From: Pseudomonadota bacterium | GTDB lineage: Bacteria; Pseudomonadota; Gammaproteobacteria; Steroidobacterales; Steroidobacteraceae | NCBI GenBank assembly: GCA_023391335.1 | Contig: JAEWBG010000059.1 | Span: 504-64,503 of the forward strand | Length of the DNA stretch: 64,000 nucleotides | Reading direction: 5' to 3' | Shown: positions 19,394 to 27,774 of the stretch, in pieces | Position numbering within the stretch: position 1 is the first letter of the stretch | How the letters are laid out: the number at the start of each line of letters is the position of its first letter | Translations under genes and position numbers: made by a program | Notes under the pieces: model-generated | The model's input: only the letters and a program-made list of their open reading frames with translations | What the model was told of the DNA's origin: nothing | Database searches by the model: none

Positions 19394-21280
19394 CTACGAC
19401 GCCGCGGCGCGGGCGGGAACGTGCCACCAACGCGTAATCGCCAGTTCGATGGATGCCGCGTCTAATCCGGCTGAAACCAAGCAATCCTCGCGAGACCCGT
19501 GTTCGATGAATCGATCGGGGATGCCCAAATGCAGCAACGGCAGCGTGTGACCGTGTGCGTTGAGCAATTCGGCAATCGCGCTGCCGGCGCCGCCTGCGAC
19601 AACGTTCTCTTCAACTGTGACGAAGCTGCGATGAGTCGATGCGATTCGCAGCAATAGTTCTTCATCGAGCGGCTTCACGAAACGCAGATTCACGAGTGTG
19701 GCATCGAGCTTCTCGGCAATGCGTTCGCAGAACGGCACCATGGCGCCGATGCCGATGATTGCCAGGCCGCTGCGACCCTCGCGGCGCACCTGTGCTTTCC
19801 CGATCGGCAAAGCACGCATCGCTTTCTCGAGCGGCGTACCTGGGCCTTGTCCTCGCGGGTAACGGACTGCCGCAGGCACTCCGCTTTCAACAGCGGTAAA
19901 CAGCATCTGCCGGCATTCGTTCTCATCGGCAGGCGCCATGATGAGCATGTTCGGAATGCATCGCAGATAGCTCAGATCGTAGCTACCTTGATGGGTTGCG
20001 CCGTCTCCGCCGACGAGCCCGGCCCGGTCAACCGCAAACGTCACCGGCAAGTTCTGCAAGGCGACGTCGTGAATCAACTGATCGTAGGCGCGTTGTAAGA
20101 ACGTCGAGTAAATCGCGACGACCGGCTTCAATCCGTCGCATGCCATGCCCGCAGCCAGCGTAACGGCGTGCTGTTCGGCGATCGCCACATCGAAATAGCG
20201 GTCGGGGAAGCGCTTGGAGAATTCCACCATTCCCGAGCCTTCGCGCATCGCGGGCGTGATGCCGACGACCTTCGAATCTGCTGCAGCCATGTCGCACAAC
20301 CAATCGCCGAACACTTGCGAGTAACTGGGGCCGCTGGTCTTTTCCTTGAAAATGACGCCGCTCTTGGGGTCGAAAGGACCTGGGCCGTGCCACTTGATCG
20401 GATCCGCTTCAGCCGGTGCGTAGCCTTTGCCCTTGCGCGTGATGACATGCAGAAACTGCGGGCCTTTCAAATCGCGCAAGTTTTTGAGCGTAGCGGTCAG
20501 CGCGTTGACATCGTGGCCGTCGACTGGCCCGATGTAGTTGAACCCGAGTTCTTCGAAAATCGTGCCGGGAAGCACCATGCCTTTCATGTGTTCCTCGGAG
20601 CGTCGCGCTAATTCCCAAACCGTGGGCATCCGTCGGAGCACTTTCTTGCCGCCCTCACGGAGCGTTGCGTAGAGCTTTCCGGAAAGAACGCGCGCGAAGT
20701 AATTCGAGAAGGCGCCGACGTTTTCCGAGATCGACATGTCGTTGTCATTGAGAATGACCAGCATGTCGACATCCAAGCTGCCGGCGTGATTGAGCGCCTC
20801 GAAAGCCATGCCGGCACTCATCGCTCCATCGCCGATCACGGCAACGACGCGACGATCAATTCCTTGGCGCGCGGCGGCGATGGCCATTCCCAATGCCGCG
20901 CTGATCGAGGTGCTCGAGTGGCCGACGCCGAATGTGTCGTACTCGCTTTCGCTGCGAGTCGGAAACGGCGCGAGGCCGTCCTTCAGCTTGATGGTGCCGA
21001 GCCGGTCGCGGCGGCCCGTGAGCACCTTGTGCGGATACGCTTGATGGCCAACATCCCACACCAGACGGTCGCGAGGTGTATCGAAGACATAATGCAGAGC
21101 CACTGTGAGCTCTACGGTGCCCAGGCCCGCCGCAAAGTGGCCGCCCATCTGGCTCACCGTGTCGATCAGGTACTGCCGCAACTCGCTCGACACAGCCGGC
21201 AGATCCGACTCAGGGAGCTTGCGAAGATCCGCCGGAGAGTCGAGCGCCGAGAGGAGCGGGTAAGAATGGACGGAGTTCAT
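19394..21280 (-). CDS. dxs: 1-deoxy-D-xylulose-5-phosphate synthase
   Basis: [14 protein letters not shown] and the ThDP motif [18 protein letters not shown] are present. 628 aa, in xseB-ispA-dxs synteny. Confidence 0.95.
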   Translation of the reverse strand: MNSVHSYPLLSALDSPADLRKLPESDLPAVSSELRQYLIDTVSQMGGHFAAGLGTVELTVALHYVFDTPRDRLVWDVGHQAYPHKVLTGRRDRLGTIKLKDGLAPFPTRSESEYDTFGVGHSSTSISAALGMAIAAARQGIDRRVVAVIGDGAMSAGMAFEALNHAGSLDVDMLVILNDNDMSISENVGAFSNYFARVLSGKLYATLREGGKKVLRRMPTVWELARRSEEHMKGMVLPGTIFEELGFNYIGPVDGHDVNALTATLKNLRDLKGPQFLHVITRKGKGYAPAEADPIKWHGPGPFDPKSGVIFKEKTSGPSYSQVFGDWLCDMAAADSKVVGITPAMREGSGMVEFSKRFPDRYFDVAIAEQHAVTLAAGMACDGLKPVVAIYSTFLQRAYDQLIHDVALQNLPVTFAVDRAGLVGGDGATHQGSYDLSYLRCIPNMLIMAPADENECRQMLFTAVESGVPAAVRYPRGQGPGTPLEKAMRALPIGKAQVRREGRSGLAIIGIGAMVPFCERIAEKLDATLVNLRFVKPLDEELLLRIASTHRSFVTVEENVVAGGAGSAIAELLNAHGHTLPLLHLGIPDRFIEHGSREDCLVSAGLDAASIELAITRWWHVPARAAAS

Positions 21281-21353
21281 AAGAAGGCGCGCAGTTTACA
21301 GGAAACCTCGGGGAAGCTCGTGGCCTGTAAGCGGATTTCCGAGTTGCGCCGGA

Positions 21354-22253
21354 TCAGGATTTTCTCAGCACCAGCCAGTTAGAAATCGCCACCAGCGGCG
21401 TGTTCTCCAAACCTTCGCGGCGAAGCGCATTCAAAGCGGCCTCATGCAACTCATGCATGCGTTTGCGCGAAGCTTCCACCCCCGCAACGGCTGGGTAGGT
21501 CGGCTTGTTCAATGCGGAATCCGCTCCGGTCGCTTTGCCTATTACTGCCGGGTCGCCTTCCACATCTAGAAGATCATCCTGAATTTGGAAGGCAAGACCG
21601 ATAGCGCGTGCGTACTCATCGAGGGCTTGCAGCCTTTCGTTAGAGAGATCGTTCGAACAGCTGGCTGCCATCAATACGCTGGCATGAATCAACGCGCCGG
21701 TTTTGCGTGCGTGCACTTGCTCGACTTCTGCAAGATTCAATTTGCGCCCGGTGGCAGCGAGATCCAATGCCTGCCCGCCGGCCATCCCCTGCGTGCCGCT
21801 GGCCCGCGCGAGCAGGCTTACCAATTTCAAGCGCATCGTTGTCGACGGCGGTAACCCGGGCCCGTCCGTCAGCAGTTCGAAAGCGAGAACCTGCAATGCA
21901 TCGCCGACCAGAATCGCGGTCGCTTCGTCGAACGCTTTGTGACACGTGGGCCGACCACGGCGGAGGTCATCGTTGTCCATGGCGGGCAGATCGTCATGAA
22001 CCAGCGAGTAGGCGTGGATGAGTTCGACTGCACACGCAGCGCCGTCCACCTGATCCGCTGGAATGCCGAGCGCTGCCGCCGTCGCATACACGAGCGCCGG
22101 CCGGACGCGCTTGCCGCCGCCGAGCGCGCTATATCTCAGTGCTTCATGCAGACGTTGAGGGGGCTCCGCAGGGGAGGGCAATCGCGCGTCGAGTTGTTCT
22201 TCGATGCGCGTCTGCCACGCGCGCAACATGGTCGCGAACGAATCCTGATGCAT
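21354..22253 (-). CDS. ispA: (2E,6E)-farnesyl diphosphate synthase
   Basis: The FARM motif VHDDLPAMDNDDLRRG and the SARM motif FQIQDDLLD are present. I chose the ATG at 22253 (MHQDSFATML...). The track ORF extends 51 codons upstream. Confidence 0.9.
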   Translation of the reverse strand: MHQDSFATMLRAWQTRIEEQLDARLPSPAEPPQRLHEALRYSALGGGKRVRPALVYATAAALGIPADQVDGAACAVELIHAYSLVHDDLPAMDNDDLRRGRPTCHKAFDEATAILVGDALQVLAFELLTDGPGLPPSTTMRLKLVSLLARASGTQGMAGGQALDLAATGRKLNLAEVEQVHARKTGALIHASVLMAASCSNDLSNERLQALDEYARAIGLAFQIQDDLLDVEGDPAVIGKATGADSALNKPTYPAVAGVEASRKRMHELHEAALNALRREGLENTPLVAISNWLVLRKS

Positions 22254-22261
22254 GCGGCAGC

Positions 22262-22516
22262 TCAGGTTTCGTCGTCGCTGTCGAATTCTGCGCGCTCGAA
22301 TTGCTCGGGCTCGCCGCTGCGCCGCAGAAGAATCTCGACCTTTTGTTCGGCCTGCTTGAGAGCAGCTTGGCAGGTGCGAGTAAGTTGCACGCCGCGTTCG
22401 AAACACTTCAGGGATTCATCGAGCGAGAGATCGCCTTGCTCGAGCTTTTCGACTAGCGCTTCGAGTTCAGTCAACGAGCGTTCGAAATCGGCGGGCGGCG
22501 TTTGCGGTTCGGCCAT
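22262..22516 (-). CDS. xseB: exodeoxyribonuclease VII small subunit
   Basis: 84 aa from the ATG at 22516. [33 protein letters not shown] is typical XseB. Confidence 0.85.
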   Translation of the reverse strand: MAEPQTPPADFERSLTELEALVEKLEQGDLSLDESLKCFERGVQLTRTCQAALKQAEQKVEILLRRSGEPEQFERAEFDSDDET

Positions 22517-22612
22517 GTCGGTGAGTACAGATCTGGGCGGGTACGAGGGCGCGGCAAGCTTGCATTCCTGCCTGCGACCGGTCAAATGCACAACGTGACT
22601 AAAGTTCGGTCG

Positions 22613-22641
22613 TTGACTTGCCTGACAGGCGGGCATAGATT
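22613..22641 (+). promoter_or_regulatory. candidate sigma70 promoter for the rubrerythrin cluster
   Basis: TTGACT (22613-22618), a 17-nt spacer, then TAGATT (22636-22641). It lies 143 nt upstream of the rubrerythrin ATG. Confidence 0.5.
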
Positions 22642-22651
22642 CGCACCCGCA

Positions 22652-22666
22652 TTAGACTTTGTCTAA
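22652..22666. promoter_or_regulatory. candidate operator palindrome TTAGAC-N3-GTCTAA
   Basis: A perfect 6-3-6 inverted repeat begins 11 nt after the putative -10. CTAACGGCA is repeated directly at 22663-22671 and 22696-22704, 33 nt apart. Confidence 0.35.
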
Positions 22667-22783
22667 CGGCACGGTTTTTCACCAGCGGAAAGTTACTAAC
22701 GGCAGCGCACGCTTCCGGCAGCGGACTTTTCGTTGCGAATGGCCTACGCAATCACGCAACGATACTTAAGTGAGGATCCTGCA

Positions 22784-23200
22784 ATGAAAAACTTGAAGGG
22801 CACCAGCACGGAAAAGAATCTCAAGGACGCCTTTGCCGGCGAATCCCAAGCCAACCGTCGCTATCTATATTTCGCAGCCAAGGCTGACGTCGAAGGTTTC
22901 AATGACGTCGCTGCTGTGTTCCGTTCGACTGCGGAAGGCGAGACCGGCCATGCGCATGGTCACTTGGAATATCTGGAAGCTGTCGGTGATCCGGCAACGG
23001 GCCTGCCGATCGGCGCGACTTCCGCAAACCTGAAGGCTGCCATTGCCGGTGAGACTCACGAGTACACCGACATGTATCCGGGCATGGCCAAGCAGGCGCG
23101 CGAAGAAGGTTTCGATGAAATCGCCGATTGGTTCGAGACGCTGGCGAAGGCAGAGCGCTCGCATGCCAATCGTTTCCAGAAGGCGCTCGATACGCTTTAA
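22784..23200 (+). CDS. rubrerythrin-family diiron protein (ferritin-like domain only, no rubredoxin domain)
   Basis: 138 aa from the ATG at 22784. Diiron ligand blocks are [27 protein letters not shown] and ERSHANRF. There is no C-terminal CxxC pair. Confidence 0.8.
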   Translation: MKNLKGTSTEKNLKDAFAGESQANRRYLYFAAKADVEGFNDVAAVFRSTAEGETGHAHGHLEYLEAVGDPATGLPIGATSANLKAAIAGETHEYTDMYPGMAKQAREEGFDEIADWFETLAKAERSHANRFQKALDTL

Positions 23201-23233
23201 CTAGTGACTTGTGACTAGTGACTAGCGGATAGG
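23201..23233. repeat. solo family B arm (purine orientation) immediately after the rubrerythrin stop
   Basis: CTAGTGACTTGTGACTAGTGACTAGCGGATAGG starts on the base after TAA 23198-23200. Confidence 0.8.
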
Positions 23234-23241
23234 TCAGAAAA

Positions 23242-23265
23242 CTCGCGCCCGATCTCGGGCGCGAG
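23242..23265. terminator. perfect GC-rich hairpin (possible terminator)
   Basis: CTCGCGCCCGA-TC-TCGGGCGCGAG has an 11-bp perfect stem. It is preceded by AAAA, and there is no T-tract on the + strand, so function and direction are uncertain. Confidence 0.4.
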
Positions 23266-23313
23266 TGGTCGACGATCCAAAGCGATTTAGCGGAAGACAG
23301 ACGGCTGGTTGGG

Positions 23314-23356
23314 TCTCTGGCTCCAGCCCCGGGTCTCCGGTCTCCAGCCTCCAGCC
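23314..23356. repeat. solo family C arm (pyrimidine orientation)
   Basis: TCTCTGG-CTCCAGC-CCCGGG-TCTCCGG-TCTCCAG-CCTCCAG-CC is the reverse complement of GGCTGGAG-type units. It ends 11 nt before the ATG at 23368. Confidence 0.75.
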
Positions 23357-23367
23357 TGCGAAGCTCC

Positions 23368-24717
23368 ATGTCCCAAGAAAAATCCGGTCCAGCGCGCGAA
23401 GGCAGTCTCGAAGCTCCGACGCGTCATCCGATCGCGTGGAAAGATCCTCAGTATTTAGACGAAAACCTGCTCTTCAAAGAGCTGGAACGTGTGTTCGACA
23501 TCTGCCATGGATGCCGCCGCTGTTTCAGTCTCTGCAATGCGTTCCCAACGTTGTTCGATGCGGTGGATGAGTCGAGTACGGGCGAAGTCGAGAGCGTCGA
23601 TCGCAAGGTGTACTGGGATGTCGTAGATCATTGTTACCTCTGCGACATGTGTTACATGACGAAGTGCCCATACGTTCCGCCGCACCCTTGGAACGTGGAC
23701 TTTCCGCATTTGATGCTGCGCGCGAAAGCATTCAAGTTCAAAAATCAGCCCGTCAAAACGCGCGACAAGATCCTGAGCTCGACCGACGCTGTCGGCAGCA
23801 TCGCCGGGATTCCCGTCGTGTCCGAAGTGGTGAACACGGTGAATCGCACCGCATTCGGCCGCTCGATGCTCGACAAAGTGCTGGGCGTGCATCCGCAAGC
23901 CCCGATTCCCGAATATCACAGTCCTTCCTACCGCAAGCGCTTCGCTAAAGCTAAGCACCCGCAAATCACAGCGACACCTGCAGGTGAGACCAAAGGCAAG
24001 GTGGCACTTTTCGCGACCTGCTATGGCAATCGCAATGAGCCGGCACTCAACGAAGATTTAGTCGCGATTTTCGAGCACAACGGCATCCCTGTGACGATCG
24101 CGGCGCAGGAGAAGTGCTGCGGCATGCCCAAGTTGGAATTGGGCGATTTGGAATCGATCGAGAAGCTCAAAGAAGAAAACATTCCAGCGTTGGTGAAGTT
24201 GGTCGATCAAGGCTGGGACATCGTGACGCCGGTGCCATCGTGCACGTTGATGTTCAAACAAGAATTGCCGCTCATGTTTCCCGACGATGAGCGCGTGCAG
24301 AAAGTCCGAGATGCGATGTTCGATCCGTTCGAATATCTCTGGGAACGCTACAAGGCGGGTTTGTTGAAGACCGAATTCAAACATCGCCTGGGCAAGATCA
24401 GTTATCACGTGCCGTGCCATTTGCGCGTGCAGAACCTTGGGCTAAAAACTCGGGATGTGCTGATGCTGGTGCCGGAAACGCACGTCGAGCCGATCGAACG
24501 CTGCTCTGGTCATAACGGAACTTATGGCGTGAAGCGCGAGTACCGGGATACGTCGATGAAGATCGGCAAGCCCGTGTTTCGTCGCGTTGCCGATTCCGGC
24601 GCGGACCACTACTCGAGCGACTGCCCGATGGCGGGGCATCAAATCGAATCTGGATTGGAAGGGAACAAGGAACCGACGCATCCGCTGACCCTGCTTCGCA
24701 GGGCTTACGGAATATAG
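23368..24717 (+). CDS. (Fe-S)-binding protein, heterodisulfide-reductase / GlcF-like (two 4Fe-4S motifs plus CCG domains)
   Basis: CHGCRRCFSLCNAFP, CYLCDMCYMTKCPYVPPH and CCGMP are present. 449 aa. Confidence 0.75.
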   Translation: MSQEKSGPAREGSLEAPTRHPIAWKDPQYLDENLLFKELERVFDICHGCRRCFSLCNAFPTLFDAVDESSTGEVESVDRKVYWDVVDHCYLCDMCYMTKCPYVPPHPWNVDFPHLMLRAKAFKFKNQPVKTRDKILSSTDAVGSIAGIPVVSEVVNTVNRTAFGRSMLDKVLGVHPQAPIPEYHSPSYRKRFAKAKHPQITATPAGETKGKVALFATCYGNRNEPALNEDLVAIFEHNGIPVTIAAQEKCCGMPKLELGDLESIEKLKEENIPALVKLVDQGWDIVTPVPSCTLMFKQELPLMFPDDERVQKVRDAMFDPFEYLWERYKAGLLKTEFKHRLGKISYHVPCHLRVQNLGLKTRDVLMLVPETHVEPIERCSGHNGTYGVKREYRDTSMKIGKPVFRRVADSGADHYSSDCPMAGHQIESGLEGNKEPTHPLTLLRRAYGI

Positions 24718-24753
24718 GAAAGGATCTCCGCGGAGCTCACCGAGCACACGGAG
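24718..24753. repeat. solo family A arm (purine orientation)
   Basis: GAAAGGATCTC-CGCGGAG-CT-CACCGAG-CA-CACGGAG, with units at 24729, 24738 and 24747 (9-nt period). It starts right after the stop TAG 24715-24717. Confidence 0.75.
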
Positions 24754-24774
24754 AAACGACCTCAGGAACTTGCT

Positions 24775-25389
24775 ATGCATCTGCGCAAACTTACTCGCAC
24801 CGACTTGATGAGCCTCGAGCAGTACTCGACGGCGCGCAAAGATTTTCGTGCGAAGGTCATCGATCACAAGAGCCGTCGCACGATCGCCGTCGGCCCGAAC
24901 GCCACGTGGTGCTTCGAAGATCAGTTGACGGTGCAATACCAAGTACAAGAAATGTTGCGAGTGGAACGCATCTTCGAAGCGGCGGGGATCCAAGACGAAC
25001 TCGACGCGTACAACCCGCTGATTCCCGATGGAAGCAATTGGAAGGTCACGTTCTTGATCGAATTTCCTGATCCGAGTGAGCGTCGTGAGCGCCTGGCGCA
25101 GATGAAGGGAATCGAAGATCGCTGCTGGGTTCAGGTTTCGGGGTTCGATCGCGTCTTTGCCATTGCGGATGAAGACCTCGAACGGGGGAACGACGAGAAG
25201 ACCTCGTCCGTGCACTTCTTGCGCTTCGAGCTCACGCCACAAATGTCCTCTGCCGCGCAGCAGGGGGCAGATATCTCGATCGGTATCGATCATCCGGCGT
25301 ATTCCCATTCGGTGTCGCCGCTTCCCAAATCCTCTCGCGATTCTCTTGCCAAGGATCTTGGCGAACCGGTTGAAGCGCATCGCGCTTAG
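24775..25389 (+). CDS. DUF3501-like protein of unknown function
   Basis: 204 aa. From memory, the N-terminus (TRTDLMSLEQYSTARKDFRAKVIDHK) resembles the DUF3501 family, which I recall as commonly adjacent to this type of Fe-S protein and rubrerythrin. This was not verified by a search. Confidence 0.6.
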   Translation: MHLRKLTRTDLMSLEQYSTARKDFRAKVIDHKSRRTIAVGPNATWCFEDQLTVQYQVQEMLRVERIFEAAGIQDELDAYNPLIPDGSNWKVTFLIEFPDPSERRERLAQMKGIEDRCWVQVSGFDRVFAIADEDLERGNDEKTSSVHFLRFELTPQMSSAAQQGADISIGIDHPAYSHSVSPLPKSSRDSLAKDLGEPVEAHRA

Positions 25390-25398
25390 GGGCAGACC

Positions 25399-25575
25399 GG
25401 AGGTATCTCCACGGAGTACACGGAGAGCACGGAGAGAAGATAAACGATCGGAACTGAGCGAACGTTGAAGGACCACGGCTCGTGGCGTCCGATCAATCAT
25501 TGCGCCCGTTCTCTCCAGTTCTGAGGCCGTTCTCCGTGTCCTCTGTGCTCTCCGTGGAGATATTCCTTTTCTTCC
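25399..25575. repeat. Family A palindromic element (CACGGAG, 9-nt period)
   Basis: The left arm is GGAGGTATCTC-CACGGAG-TA-CACGGAG-AG-CACGGAG, with units at 25410, 25419 and 25428. The right arm is CTCCGTG-TC-CTCTGTG-CT-CTCCGTG-GAGATATTCCTTTTCTTCC, with units at 25532, 25541 and 25550. Confidence 0.85.
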
Positions 25576-25696
25576 ACAACGGGTCCTCATGTTTTGCCTG
25601 ACCGAATCGCGCTCGAGCGCATGCTAGACTCGCCGCAAAGGCCGGGCGCTCACTAAAGTGTCCTGCGATTCCAACACCTAATCTCGTTCGGTAGCG

Positions 25697-27583
25697 ATGT
25701 CATATACCGCTTCAGATATTGAAGTCCTCAGCGGACTCGATCCCGTGCGCCGTCGGCCCGGGATGTACACGGATACCAGTCGCCCCAATCACCTCGCGCA
25801 TGAAGTCGTCGACAACTCCGTCGACGAAGCGCTTTCTGGCCACGCGAAGCGCATCGACGTTACCGTCTTCAAAGACGGTTCGTTGCAAGTCGCCGACGAC
25901 GGGCGCGGGATGCCGGTCGACATTCACCCGAAAGAGAAGGTGAGCGGTGTCGAATTAATTCTGACGCGCCTGCACGCGGGCGGTAAGTTCTCAGACAAGA
26001 ACTACAAATTCTCCGGCGGTTTGCATGGCGTCGGCGTCTCTGTCGTGAATGCACTCTCCAAGCATCTCGAGTGCTGGGTGAAGCGCGGCGGCAAGGAATA
26101 CAACATCAGCTTCAAGGACGGGAAGGCCAAGTCCAAGCTTGAAGTTGTCGGCGATGTCGGCAAGAACAACACCGGCACCACTGTGCGGTTTTGGCCGGAT
26201 CCGCAGTATTTCGAGTCGCCGACGATCTCGATTCCCAAGCTGAAACACGTGTTGCGCGCCAAGGCCGTGCTGTGTCCCGGCCTGAAGATGACGCTGCATG
26301 TCGAGCAGACCGGCGAGAAAGAAGAATGGCTCTACACCGGTGGCCTCACGGAATACTTACGCGAAGCGCTCGGAGACGGCGAGTGGCTGCCGCAAGAGTT
26401 GTTCACTGGCGCGATCGAAGGCGAAAAGGAAGCAGCGGAGTGGGCACTCGCGTGGCGCGTCGATGAAGGTCCCAAGGTCGAAGAGAGCTACGTCAATCTG
26501 ATTCCGACGGCGCAAGGTGGCACACATGTCAATGGCTTGCGTGTTGGACTCACCGATGCGATTCGTGAGTTCTGCGAATTCCGCAATCTCTTGCCGAAAG
26601 GTCTGAAGCTCGCGCCGGAAGATGTGTGGGATGGATTGAGCTACGTGCTCTCCACCAAGATGAAAGAAGCGCAGTTTGCGGGGCAGACCAAAGAGCGACT
26701 GTCTTCGCGTGAAGCCGCGGCGTTTGTCTCGGGTGTCGTTAAAGATCAATTCGGCTTGTGGCTAAACCAACATCCTGAAAGCGGCGAGAAGATCGCGCAG
26801 CTCGCCATTGCGGGTGCGCAGGCGCGACTGAAGGCGTCGAAGTCGGTGGCACGTAAACGCGTGGTCAGCGGACCGGCGCTGCCGGGCAAACTTGCCGATT
26901 GCACCTCGCAAGAGCCGGAGCGCTCAGAGCTCTTCTTGGTGGAGGGCGACTCTGCAGGTGGCTCCGCGAAGCAAGCGCGCGATCGTGAATTCCAGGCCGT
27001 GATGCCATTGCGCGGCAAGATCCTGAACACATGGGAAGTCGAAGCCGGCGATGTGCTGCAATCACAAGAAGTGCATCACATCGCGATTGCGATTGGCGTC
27101 GATCCCGGCTCCGATAACCTGACTGGTTTGCGTTACCACAAGATCTGCATCCTGGCCGATGCGGACTCTGACGGTCAGCACATCGCGACGTTGCTGTGCG
27201 CATTGTTCTTGCGTCACTTCCGTCCCCTGGTTTTGGCCGGCCACGTGTACGTTGCGATGCCGCCGCTGTTTCGCGTCGATGTGGGCAAGCAGGTTTACTA
27301 CGCACTCGATGAGGCTGAGCGAGCCGGCATTCTCGATCGCATTGCTGCCGAAAATCCGCGCGCGAAGCCAACTGTCACGCGCTTCAAAGGTCTCGGCGAA
27401 ATGAGCGCGATGCAACTGCGCGAAACGACGATGGCACCCGAGACGCGTCGGTTGGTCCAGCTCACCGTCGAAGCCAAAGACGAAGCCGACCAAATGCTGG
27501 ATATGCTGCTCGCGAAAAAGCGTGCCGCCGATCGCCGCGAATGGCTCGAGACGAAGGGAAACCTTGCAGAAGTGCAGGTGTAA
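25697..27583 (+). CDS. parE: DNA topoisomerase IV subunit B
   Basis: 628 aa, lacking the insertion seen in proteobacterial GyrB. The GHKL block is HLAHEVVDNSVDEAL. The Toprim blocks are LFLVEGDSAGGSAKQARDREFQAVMPLRGKILN and ILADADSDGQHI. parC follows. Confidence 0.9.
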   Translation: MSYTASDIEVLSGLDPVRRRPGMYTDTSRPNHLAHEVVDNSVDEALSGHAKRIDVTVFKDGSLQVADDGRGMPVDIHPKEKVSGVELILTRLHAGGKFSDKNYKFSGGLHGVGVSVVNALSKHLECWVKRGGKEYNISFKDGKAKSKLEVVGDVGKNNTGTTVRFWPDPQYFESPTISIPKLKHVLRAKAVLCPGLKMTLHVEQTGEKEEWLYTGGLTEYLREALGDGEWLPQELFTGAIEGEKEAAEWALAWRVDEGPKVEESYVNLIPTAQGGTHVNGLRVGLTDAIREFCEFRNLLPKGLKLAPEDVWDGLSYVLSTKMKEAQFAGQTKERLSSREAAAFVSGVVKDQFGLWLNQHPESGEKIAQLAIAGAQARLKASKSVARKRVVSGPALPGKLADCTSQEPERSELFLVEGDSAGGSAKQARDREFQAVMPLRGKILNTWEVEAGDVLQSQEVHHIAIAIGVDPGSDNLTGLRYHKICILADADSDGQHIATLLCALFLRHFRPLVLAGHVYVAMPPLFRVDVGKQVYYALDEAERAGILDRIAAENPRAKPTVTRFKGLGEMSAMQLRETTMAPETRRLVQLTVEAKDEADQMLDMLLAKKRAADRREWLETKGNLAEVQV

Positions 27584-27759
27584 GGAGAAGTGACTGGCGG
27601 ATAGCGGATAGCGGATTGGAACAGAGGACATAGGTCCACCTCCGTCGTTTAGCTAAAGGCTGGTACTTCGATCGCGACTGCCTCGCATGATCGTATCCAA
27701 GGCAATGCAGATGTCGTTTCGCCGGTTCGTGCTTCTTCTATCCGCTAGTCACTAGTCAC
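27584..27759. repeat. Family B palindromic element filling the parE-parC junction
   Basis: The left arm is GGAGAA-GTGACTG-GCGGATA-GCGGATA-GCGGATT-GG (27584-27619). The right arm is CTTCTTC-TATCCGC-TAGTCAC-TAGTCAC (27732-27759). The unit numbers differ between the arms. Confidence 0.85.
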
Positions 27760-27774
27760 CATCCAACTTCCTAC

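Noticed and set aside
24442-25590. A 382-aa ORF on the minus strand, the largest unannotated ORF in the track.
   Set aside because: It runs antisense to the 3' end of the Fe-S gene and the whole DUF3501-like gene, and through two family A repeat arms (giving the peptide LRALRVLRG). It is Arg-rich and low-complexity with no recognisable family, which is typical of a GC-rich antisense shadow ORF.
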